DNA of 64,000 bases from Takakia lepidozioides (Eukaryota > Plantae > Bryophyta): positions 1,922,001 through 1,986,000 of the forward strand of contig CM060733.1 of assembly GCA_030704615.1 (NCBI GenBank), read 5' to 3'. Both the position numbers and the translations under genes were made by a program. The notes beneath the pieces are model-generated. The model was not told the origin of the DNA. It saw only the letters and a program-made list of their open reading frames with translations, and did no database searches. How positions within the stretch are numbered: position 1 is the first letter of the stretch; each line of letters begins with the position of its first letter. Below, one piece after another: positions 49,881 through 61,245 of this stretch.

Positions 49881-52197
49881 TCGGCAAAACAGGCTGAAAT
49901 AGCTTGAAGAAGAGGTGCCCTCACCACATTGTCCTCTACCTTGTGTCATGACCCATTGCGGATTAGACTGACCATAAACCCAAGAAGACCTCTTGTGCGT
50001 GTTGCTTGTATCTGTAGTCAGGTAATGTGGGATTGGTTCGTAAGAACCACCACGGTGCAGCTGAGCGGGCAGAGATTAAAATATGGGCTGCTAAGACCAA
50101 GCTGATTCCCCCAAGAACCTTGTGATCATCAGGAAGAATACCAAATCATGGTACAAAGGGGAGCCAAGAGCCCACATTTGCACATAATGCGCCCTTGACG
50201 CCATAAGCGCTTGCAACAACAGGACATGGGCCTCGATTTGGTCTTCGTCCTTCTCGCATCACTTGCTCGTCTCTCTCTCAAGCCTCCATCCCTCTCCTCT
50301 CGCATCACTTAGACAAATTCAGGCAAAGGACAAAGTTACTCTTCCACCCTTAGATCACTTTACATCCGACGATTAGAACAATCTCTACGAGCCACACAAG
50401 CCCTAAAATACATTAAAATATTCCACGTCATGATCCATGTGGAGCACTTATAAAAATTCCATTTTTGAATAGGGTGTGCAATGAATGCCTAGTTGTTAAG
50501 AGTCGTTCTCTAGTGCTTAAAACCACTTGTAATTGTTGTTTTTAAAAAAAACAATTTACATAATTGAATTAAATCGCCGCGAATATTGCGCCGACTGCGG
50601 AGTCATTGATGCAACTTCTATCTGCCATTAGAAATGCGAATTTATCCGTTACGACTGTACAGTAGTAACAAACATCTCAAAGTTGTTCCCTCAGTGGTTT
50701 TGGACATGCAGTCGATTCGGAAAAGACACGAATGCTTCTAGTGTTTGAGGGAGGAACTCAGGAAGGAGTTTGAGGCTCGAATTGCCATTGAGTGTGCAAA
50801 CAAGGTCGATGAGGAGGTCACTCTCAAGTTACAGCAAGAGTTAGAGGATACAATAGCTGCTTTGCAGTTGGCCAAGGAGCATTTGATTGAATTATTCCTC
50901 ACGCAGGACCAGTTGCACGAAGCACATAAGCAACAGCTATATCAAATGCAAGTGAAGCATGAGAGCAAGTTGCAAGAAGTGAATGCACTACATACGGAGT
51001 TGCAGACAGTACATGAGAGGATGGTCATACAATGTGCTATACTCACAACTACTTTTCAGCAAACTACATTAGAAGTTAACAGACAAGGGGAGATATTAAT
51101 GAAGGCAGAGGCAGAGAATGTCGAGCAGACGAAACTCATTGTTGATATGAAGAATACAATCTGTCGCAATGAGAATACTTTCAAGCAATACAGGCAGGTT
51201 GAAGCTGACCAAGAGAGGTACATCCTGGAATTGCAACAAACAGTCATGGTGAATAGAAATGAACTCTCTATGGCTAACAAGGCTTGGAAGGAAACCAATA
51301 ATCTGGCTGCTGCCTATGCGAGTTTGGTTGAACCTCATGCGAAGCGCATGGAGACTTTACAGCAGCAATTAGATGTGTACAGGCTCACAGAGGAGCAGAC
51401 TCTTAGGGGTGCCACACACAACTTGGTGGATAACCACCTTATGCAGGTCTGGTTAGCACAAGGGCCGGTGGAAGACAAAGCACCACGAAAGCTCACCCAG
51501 GGCGAGATGAATGAGCTCAGACTGCAGGTGCAGAACATTGCCACAACTACTATAGACAATGTCTATAGTAGGATAGCGGAGCTACAGGAGGATGTAGAAG
51601 GCCTGCAGACTCAGGTGGATGACCTGAGTTCAAATATTGATAAGAGAGTCTTTGTACCTGAGGAGCAGCTGATGGCTACTTATTTACAAGCCAGAACTCT
51701 AGTTTTTCAGTCTTCTTCGCAAGGGGTGCAGGAGATGCCAGTGGTACAAGAGCCAGTGCTACCAATACCACAACCAGTGACTGTGCAGGTAGCTGACCCT
51801 GTTGTTACTACAGCCACACCACAGCCTGAGGTATGGGGGGATGCTGCTTTTAACCCACCTAAGACTCCTGCTGCACGGGAGTACAGTCGGGCTATGATTA
51901 TGCCCTTCAACCAAATTCCCATTGTGTTGGATTTGGCTTGGAAGGAATTTAGTCCTCCGCAGTCGTTGGCACATTACTACCAGATCATGCGCATTTGGCT
52001 GCCAGTGGCAACTAGGACTAAGGTTCTTCCGAACAATCGACCCATTGAGGATCATCACTTTACGAGGTACTGGTTTGAAACAAGTACCATGTTGAAGGAA
52101 TTAATTGCCTTCCAAGTTGTACATGGGTACATTTATACCAAGACCAAGGAGGTAGCAAGTATTGTGATGGGCTGTGGGTTATACTATGCTGTTTGTT

Positions 52198-55143
52198 AAC
52201 CCTCACTGGCATGTAGTATTTCATGTTCACTGTGATGCCTCAGGAGAAGCGTTGGGAGCGGTGTTAGCCCAAAATGTTACAGGAAATATAGATTCACCTG
52301 TGTACTATGCTAGCAGGTTGATGAACAGCGCTGAAAGGAACTATAGCACAACTGAAAGAGAAGCACTGGCAATGATTTATGCAGTCAAGAAATTCAGGCA
52401 TTACCTATTGGGAAGAAAGTTTATGTTTTATGTGGATCACCAGGCTCTGATATATCTGGTGAACAAACCTTTGATAAGTGGAAGGATAGCAAGGTGGTTA
52501 ATAATCTTGCACGAGTTTGAGTTCGAAGTTGTTTACAAGCCTGGCCGTTTGCATCTTGTGGCAGATCATTTGTCACGCCTAACAACAGGAGAGCCCGCCA
52601 AAGGAGTAGACGACCAATTACCTGATGTGAGTTTATTTGCAATGGAGGTGCAGGGAAGTGCAGATGAATGGTTAGATTGGCAGTGGCCAATCAGATACTA
52701 CCTTACTCATGGTCAGTGCCCACCTAGTTATGGTAAGGAGCAGAGGAAGAGAATCCCTATCAAGGCTTTACCTTATACTATGGTAGGAGGCAGAATGTAT
52801 AAGCTAGGACCTGATGGAGTACTTAAACGATGCTTGTACCACCATGAAGTAAATAAAGTCTTGGAGGAAGTTCATAAAGGAGTGGCTGGAGGTCATTTTG
52901 GAGAAGAGACTACCAGTAGGAAGATACTACTTGCAGGTTACTGGTGGCCTACTTTGTTCAAAGATGTACACAAGTATTGTCAGAGTTGTGATGAATGTCA
53001 GAGGCTAGGACCTTTGCAGAGATCTGGGAAGATGGCTTTGCATCCTACGATGCCTACTGAACCATTTCAGAAATGGGGACTAGACTTTGTTGGACCAATT
53101 AACCCACCGGCCAAGAATACACAAAACAAGTACATAATTACAGCCACTGATTATACTACGAAGTGGGTGGAAGCTAAAGCTCTGAGGGACAATACAACCA
53201 AGTCCACAGCAAGGTTCCTGTATGAGAACATACTTACACGATTTGGCTGTCCCTTGGAATTTATCAGTGACCAGGGAAGTTACATTGAACTATTGACTAA
53301 AGAATTCATGATTGTGCATAGGAAGAGTACAACGTATTACCCACAGGGTAATGGGCAGGTAGAGGCTACCAACAAAATACTATGTATTATCTTGGCTAAG
53401 ATAGTCAGTGCAAACAGAACGGATTGGGATACAAAGCTGCTGACAGCTTTGTGGTCATACAGGACTTCATATAAAGTCACCACTAAGTATACACCATTCC
53501 AATTAGTTTATGGTATGGAAGCTTTACTTCCAGTGGAATTCCTGTTACCTACCATGAGAACTGAATGGGGAAAGAGAATGGAATTGGAAGATTCAATTAA
53601 GGTCAGGAAACATGAATTATACCATGTGGAAGAAGTACGTGCTGATGCAGCTGATAACATGACCAGAATTCAGATGAAGAGGAAGAAACAGTTTGATGAA
53701 GGCAAATTAAAGACTTTTAGGACGGGAGATTTGGTTCTCTGGTTGCAGAAGAAGGGGAAGATTAAAGCTTCTAAGCTTAAATCACCATAGAAGGGACCTT
53801 ATGTTATACAGAAGATGTATGATAACAACACAACCATGTTACAAACCATTAACAGAAAGATGCTGGGAAGAGTCAATGCCAATAAGTTGAAGGGGTACAG
53901 TGGTATCCATGACAAACCATTGCAGCACGATTTGCATGTTGAAACGCAAAAGCAGTCACGGGCTGCGCTAGTGATACCAACGGAGTATGGAGCACTTGTC
54001 GCTAAGCCGAGCATATATGACCAGGGCGGGAACTACAGGTGTTCGCATACCTATCACAGCCCATCACAGTGCCACACAGCCTATCACAGCCCATCACAGC
54101 ATGACACAGCCTATCACAACCCATCACAGCGTCACACAGCCTATCACAGCCCAACACAGCCCATATAGATTACACAGTCCATAGGGTCAGTGACAGATGG
54201 ACGCGAATTAACGTTAGAAAAGTGGCCAATAAGTGAAGAAAAAGTTTGGAAGTCAAACTTGGAGAATGTGCCACACGGAGAGGGGAAGATGGGGACATGT
54301 TTAGAAACGGACACGTGGCAGCTAAGGCGAAGCACACCGCACTGCATCGATTGCAAAAGTGAGTTTCATCATGCAAGAGGACAAATCGGGCCATCAAAGT
54401 ACCTACCCGGTACAGCAGCTAATACTAATTGTGGGCCCATTAATGCATTCAGTGTAAGGGTAACGAAACCCTTTCCGAGTAAAAAAAAAAGAAACCTATG
54501 CCACATGTGATGTCCTACTGGACAGTCCAGGTGGGAATGTCCATGGAGGGGGGTGGAATTAAGAAATTACCTAAGCAGTCCACAGCCAATCAGGAGTGCG
54601 AATTACATGCGGGTAGTTCCCTCCAAGAAACAAGAACAAGAAATAGGAAGTGTTATGAGCGGAAGAGTCGGGGTGGCTCGGAATAGCCAAGGTCTCGACG
54701 GCAGGTGCAATCAAAGCACTAGTTTTGTAGCTATGGCAGATGTAACGGATTACACACTCGCTTTACTTCTCAAGCAGTGGCGCAAGGACGGAAGCATTGA
54801 GAGTACATTTTCTCTCACTCGTTACTTGCAAGCCCCACAAGCTTACACGCACTTACCTGTTCCATTTTGTGCCAACCATACCTTTATGCTCTGTGCCCTG
54901 CAAGCTTTCCTTCAGCTGTTTCAAACAAAGCCAGTCTGTTTGTCTAGAATGAAGAGAGTGAGGGGAATGGAGGATATCAGGGTGAAGAGCACGACGATAC
55001 TGCAGAAGCAAACAATTGCAGCACCGCAGGCAGTACAGCTGCTAAGGGAGTTGCGATTGGAGGGCCTGCTACGCAAGGACTGGTCCTTGCATCATCGGCA
55101 ATTCATGATACAATTTCTTCAGAACTTTGAGCCTCGGACAGGA
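52198..55143 (+). mobile_element. Ty3/gypsy copy B (RNase H, complete integrase, linker, start of extra ORF)
   Basis: [43 protein letters not shown] (H....GGH..C..C), [18 protein letters not shown]. Truncated by the CACTA end at 55144. Confidence 0.92.
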
Positions 55144-56422
55144 CACTACAACAGATTGCGGCTTTTATGACTCCCATGGGTGCGCAGTCATGACATATTT
55201 GTGGCAGAAATGCCGTTTGCAGTCGTAAAATGCTTTTGAAGTCATAATACAGGTCTGGGGAAGGCATATATGCGACTACATGGCTCCGGACTCTGCGCAA
55301 CACAGGTCAAACATGTTTGACCACGAATATTGGCATGGCAGATATGACTATCAGTCACGGTCATGGCTACACTGGAATGACGTGTGCATATTGCTAGATA
55401 GACATATGACTTCATGACTCTCACTCTAATGCATTCTGCCAGATCATCATGTGGATGAATCGCTACATGACTGCACGTGTCGACACATTCTTTTCTGGTT
55501 ATATATATAATATATGAGTATTTATATTTTGAAAAAATGGAGACTCTGACAACTAGAATGAATTTTGAAAAAATAAAAATAAAATCAAAGTGCAAAAAGA
55601 TTTAAAAAAAAACACATCGGCTAGTAAGTGCACAATGTGTCGCCTTGGTGGTTTGGGGTTCAAACCCGTTGCCCATATCGCGTGTGTGGGATTGTTCGCG
55701 GTATGTCTAGGCGTTGATCGTCCTGTAGGTCTTATGGCCCATAAATGAAGGCGGGTGAATTTTTCCCCCTCCTCAAGGGCCTGTGGTTTCCTTTAAGATT
55801 TTTTTATTTTTATTTTTATTTTTAAAAATGCTTTTAGGGTTTACAAAAAGGTTAAAAAACTTAAAAAGTTGCCCATCACGTAGCAGTGAACAGACTTAGA
55901 GCGAGCGGGAGGGAGAGAGAGAGAGGGCTGGGACTTAGAACGAGCGAGCGGGAGGGAGGGCAAACATGCATGGGAGGCCCGCAGTTGGAGCAACCTTCGC
56001 ATCTGAAGCAAGCGTCCTAGAAATGCTAGGGTATGTGTCCGAGGAGGTTTCGACTGGGAACTCGCAGTTCTTGGGAGATTCAGCTTGGTCTTAGCAGGCC
56101 GTGTTTCAATCTCTACCCGCTCAGCTGCACCGTGGTGGTTCTGACAGACAAATCCGACATTACCTGACTACAGACACAAGCAGCACACACAAGAGGTCCT
56201 CTTGGGTTCATGGTCAGTCAAATCCTCCATGGGTCATGACACAAGGTTAGGGTTTAGGATCAAGAGAGGTTACCTTCGCTCCATTGTTGTAGTGGAGGTT
56301 GCTCCTCACAGCCACGTTGAAAAATTTGAGTACAAACATTTGTCGATGTGTAATTCCTCTGGCAAACTGCTTGCAAGGTTTGTGACCAAAGGATGAAAAT
56401 GTGGTATGCTTGGTTGGCGCAG

Positions 56423-57668
56423 TGCAACATCAAGTGGTTTCGAGAGTATGATAATATGACGGATCTTGGCGGGGATCGGTATTGGAATTTCATCTGGCGT
56501 AGTGCCCCTGTACATATCAGAGGTAAGGCTTTGTTCTCGTCTCCTTCCCAACTTTCACTAGTGTCTACGAGAGCAGTGTTAGAAAATGGTTTTGTTGCAT
56601 GGTTTAACCTCTATCATAGAGCCAAACGCAGTCAGTAACTTTATGCTTGAGATCAATGCTGCTCAGTAATCCTGAGCTTTTTAAGTAGTTAACCACATCA
56701 TAGTAAACTATGAAGAGAACCATGTGACACCCTATGGTACCTTGCAAAGTTGCTTGGGATATTTGTTGTTGCACCTCATATCCATGACATTGGAGCACAA
56801 GGCTGAGAAAGGGAGCATTGGGGTGGCAATGGAAGGTGTCTCCTACAGAGATCCGTGGTACACTGGGAACAACGAACTAACTTTCCATCTGTGTGGGCAT
56901 TCTGATGGCTCTTATCGTGGGGCTTCCCCTGAGTGGCAACCCTGCCTGGTACTGACTGGACACTGATGTGTTTGTGGACAGATGAAATATTCAAAGAACA
57001 AGTGCAGCATTATTTGTTTCTGTATTTTAGTCTTTCTTGTCTTGAAGGTGAAGGGTTGCTTTAGGCCTTCCAGTCATATAGAGGCACATGACATTTGGTC
57101 CAGTTAGTTGGAAGGCATAGTATCTGTAATGGGCATTTGTGGTGGCCAAAATGGTCCTTTGAGTGAGTGCAAGGTAGACAATACTGGTGCTGGGTAAATG
57201 GTTGGTACATTGTTTCGCAAATTGAACATGTATTCAATCAAAGTTAATTGGATGCCACTGTGAGACGTTGCCTTGTATGGAAATGGACGTCAGATTCTTT
57301 CTTTGGGGTGATAAAACAGGTGGCGTAGCATGTTTGTATTGGCTGCAGTGTCCTCCTTTGTTTGGGCATGGCATACACTCCAGAAAACCCACGTTGGCTA
57401 TGCAAGGTTAACTTCCATCCATATACGATGCATCTTGATTTTCTGTATCTTGTTGTTTTTGCAACAGGGTGACTATGCAGAGCTGGAATGTTGAACAACT
57501 CCAAACAGAGAATTGAGTCTAGAACAACAATTGTTGTGTAATGTGGCTAGCACAACAAATGATTCAACGGAATGATGCTGGAATGTGCAACAAGGGAGGA
57601 TAGCAGAGGCAGAGACAACGGCAAGACAACTATGGGGCAAGGCAAAGTTTGAGGTGGCCTTGGCAGAC
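56423..57668 (+). pseudogene. Captured 4-exon fragment of a plastidic glucose transporter (pGlcT-like MFS sugar porter)
   Basis: Exons 56423-56522 (ATSSGFESMII*RILAGIGIGISSGVVPLYISE), 56836-56948 (VSPTEIRGTLGTTN*LSICVGILMALIVGLPLSGNPAW), 57320-57406 (WRSMF..LGMAYTPENPRWLCK) and 57591-57668 (QGRIAEAE...LWGK). Introns are retained; two stops and a frameshift. Confidence 0.88.
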
Positions 57669-57879
57669 AGAGCACTACCCCAGCCAGTACAGACCCAGCC
57701 AGTCTTATTCACCCAACTATCGACTCTCTGAAGAAGAGTTCTACAACCAGCCTATCACAAATCCAAACTACCTGAAGCATATCGGATTATATTAGATTAG
57801 ATTTCCCGGCAGTAAGCAGTCCTTCCATATTGATCCGTCACCCATTGATTTGCAGCAAACTTATGTTGTGTAACTTTCA

Positions 57880-58085
57880 GAGATCCCTGGTGACATCATC
57901 AAATCTGCAATTGTACCAGATGTCATCCTGAACATTGCTCTGGTGACCATGTATGCTAAATGTGGGAGCATCTAAGGGAGTGTTCAACACTATGGCTGAA
58001 CCATATGTGGTGTCGTGGAATGCGATGCTTGCAGGGTGTGCAGAGCAGGAGCGCAGGATGGGGCTTTGGACACCTGAAAGCAAAT
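57880..58085 (+). pseudogene. Captured PPR gene fragment
   Basis: ..PDVILN.ALVTMYAKCGSI.GVFNTMAEPYVVSWNAMLAG.. (frameshifted); related to 46263-46412 and 49080-49650. Confidence 0.75.
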
Positions 58086-60104
58086 GATGGGGAAAGGGGT
58101 GAAGGTACCTTCTTCAACATATTTCACCCTGTTTTCCCTGCTAGTGTGTGCTTTGACAATTCTAGGCTGTCATTGTTAGCTGCTAGCAGCAAGGCGAGGA
58201 TGTATGCATGATTTGTGCAGAGGCATCGATAGCTGAAGGAGCAGGGATTTCGTGTGGGTCCAGATTCATCCAAGAGGGCCAGATTTCAAGCACAAGATTA
58301 CCTGTGATTCCCTGTGGATCAATAGCTACAAGAAACCTGCATGGGTAGATGGTCAACTGGCAGCAACAGCAGTGATAAAATCAGGCACTGCTAATGAAGG
58401 CATCTTCATCAACACATTTCACCCTGTTTTTCCCTCTTATCAGAATCGGCCCTAAATTTTCATGTTTAATTCTGCAAGTTAGCTGGTTGAGTGAATCTAG
58501 TTTGGAGTGACTTTGACATGATACTGCCAATGTGACAACAAGAAAGTGTCAAAAAATAGGTAATAGAGATGAGGAGAAGTTGTGGAATGAATACTTATCT
58601 GAGCCCAGTCACTGATGGGTCAACCGGGGCAGAAAGGTGTATGCCTGCTACATTTCAGAGAGCAGCAGACACAATTCAGATAGGAACTAGTGTGCTACAC
58701 TGAGTTGGGTGTTTCCTAGAACAAATATAGGCTGTCATTGTCAACTGCTAGCAGCAAGGCAAGGATGAATGCTTGATTTGTTCAGAGGCATGGATAGCTG
58801 AAGGAGTAGAGATAGAATGTGGGTGACGTAGGGTGCTGGGCAATGGGCAAGACGTCTCTGTATAAACGTGAGTGACCTTCCTATCCTCCTGGCTCTCATT
58901 TTTTGTGCATGTTTCTTTGTGAAGTATCTGATGACTTCGCCAACACACACCAACATTTTTGCTTTGGTTTGTTTACGAGTCCATGGAATAGAAGTTACCA
59001 TAAACAACACTGGCATTGGTTTTTCATATATGGTATTAGATAATTCTCTATTGTTTTCGCCTTGGCAGGTTGCTCAGTGACCTTCCCTAGACACTTTGGA
59101 GTATAGCGAGTGAAAATCTCACAATGCAATGTTGGTTGGCGCATCTTACGCAAGAACTTGGAAAAGAAACAGATGTCCTTGTTGTAATAATTCTTAAAGA
59201 CATGCAAGCCTTAGTTTTTGATGGGTTGCAGATTGATGGAATACATAAGTAGTTAGAAGATTATGGGTGAACACTTTTCAAAGTGTTATAGTTAGACAAT
59301 TAATTCACATGAGAACATGTGACAATTTTATGTATTTTTAGATCGTGACAAAAATGATAATGATAAATATTGGTAAATAGAGATGGTGTACAATCTCTTG
59401 GTTTTGCTCAGCTTGTTGCAGTTATGTCTTGCTGCTTTGTTCTCTTTGTATTATATATTATATTTCATTGTTATAATAGACATGTATATGAGTACTATCA
59501 TAGTCATAATAATGACTACATCTGTTTTCACTCTCCAATAGTACTACACCACGTGGCAGAATTACAAATATGTAAAAAAAATAGCAATACACCCCAAAAA
59601 AACACCCATCATGACACATGTCAATCTGCTGAGGGACCACGTGTAAAAACTGCAACGCGCCACGTGTTGCAACCGGATTAGCACACCTGTAGTCATAGTT
59701 CGCAGTCATGGAGAACGAACACTTTTCCACGTGTCATTTCCTGTATCGAGCACGTGTCACTCTTGCACAGCCGCTGACATGGACTAACTGTCCGTTCAAT
59801 CATTCAGTAAAGCCAGCGTGTATGACTACCCCCACAGCTGCTCAGGCCCTTGCATATATCAAGCATCTACTCATCATCTCTCTATCTTCACTTCCGTTCT
59901 TCATCTCTGCCCGATCCCCTCTCCTCTATCACCAAGAAGTCCTCCTCCCAATGATGTCCCTCAATTCCCCGTTTCTCCCTTTATCTTCCTATCCGTGGTT
60001 CTAACCGTTTCCCTCACTAACCGTCGTCTGTGAACTAACATGTTCCCTTCGCAGGTGTTGTTTCCCACAGTCGTTCCCTGTCCTACTCTTCGTTCCCTAT
60101 GATC

Positions 60105-60306
60105 GTGACAGCTGTGTCAAGCTGTGACTGGCTGTGTGAAACTGTGACGGGCTGTGACTGGCTGTGCGACTGTGTCGGGCTGTGACTGGCTGTGTGAAAC
60201 TGTGACGGGCTGTGTCGGCTGTGTCGGCTGTGTCTGCTGTGACGACTGTGACGGGCTGTGTTGGCTGTGTTGGCTGTGTCGGCTGTGACGACTGTGACGG
60301 GCTGTG
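60105..60306. repeat. Minisatellite of ggctgtg/ctgtgac 9-10-mers
   Basis: About 20 degenerate units directly visible. Confidence 0.9.
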
Positions 60307-61245
60307 TAACCCCTAAGGCTCCTGTTGGTCTCAGTCTGTGCAAAAATTAAGGGTACCCTACAGATCCCGTATAAGTGTCTAAGTCCCCGACAGTCCTCTA
60401 ACAACCATACCAATCTAAGTATGAACTATTTTTGTACTTGGCTTGAGACCCGTATTGAGGATTGATAAACCGAAGCTACAACGACGCAACGGCGTGAGCC
60501 TTGCGCATGAGCGTACGCTCACAGATTGGTGACGTGGCGTGAGCGTACGCTCACGGCTGCTGAGGTGGCGTGAGCCCACAGTCCTGCTGACGTGGCATGA
60601 GCCTGATGTCAGCAAGCTAACATGGAGTTGGGTGCTGATGTGGTGCCACATCAGCATCCGCCACGTCAGTGGAAACATAAAGAGCCTGTTCCCGAGGGTC
60701 CTATGACCATGGGATATGTTGGGCAATAGTTTGGTGAATAACATGAAAACTACCATGAAACATCCGAAACGGGAAATAAACCCACAACTGTGGCGTCCAT
60801 TCCAGAATAAGTGAAATTAATGCTGTAATTTTGACAATTTTGCAATTACTAGGACGACAAACTAACCTCACAAATTCAGTGGCGTACATGATGACATAGG
60901 GACACCCTGACTCTCCCCAAATAACATTGACAATTCGGTTAACATTGGAAAGAAGCACATGTAGACACCCACAGGACCAATGATGCATGAGCTTCATAAA
61001 ATTGCCAAAGAGAGCACACATATTATACAATTGGAAGTATAATGGAGGGAGAAGGTATGCCATATCATTCAACAACCTCACGAATGCTGCTATTGAATTG
61101 AAATGTTTGGTAGTGACAATGTTCCAACTACACATTACACATCATGATTGTACCCTTTGCATACTCACAGTCGAAATCAACCTGAATTCAGATTTGCAAT
61201 ACCGGATTGAACTTCACCACATTCCAGAAACAACAAGTCATCTAC

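Larger units (their letters stand above)
44546..50743. mobile_element. Non-autonomous Pack-type CACTA element (6.2 kb)
   Basis: Perfect 19-bp TIRs CACTAGAAGCATTCGTGTC / GACACGAATGCTTCTAGTG. TTT target duplication at 44543-44545 and 50744-50746. No transposase recognised; internal PPR fragments. Confidence 0.95.
41517..52197 (+). mobile_element. Ty3/gypsy copy A (integrase 3' half, linker, extra ORF), interrupted by CACTA element 44546-50743
   Basis: [35 protein letters not shown] integrase. Sequence before 44546 continues exactly at 50747, as shown by the uninterrupted copy at ~23670-23700. Confidence 0.9.
55144..59720. mobile_element. Second Pack-type CACTA element; right end not identified in the window
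   Basis: CACTACAACA starts exactly where gypsy similarity stops (cagga|). Subterminal gcagtcat/atgact repeats occur at 55165-55470 and again near 59690. Internal blocks are homologous (inverted) to the first CACTA. Confidence 0.7.

Noticed and set aside
56285-56294. TGTTGTAGTG as the right TIR of the CACTA starting at 55144
   Set aside because: It matches for 10 bp, but is followed by GAG rather than the expected GGA TSD, gypsy sequence does not resume, and scaffold homology continues beyond it.
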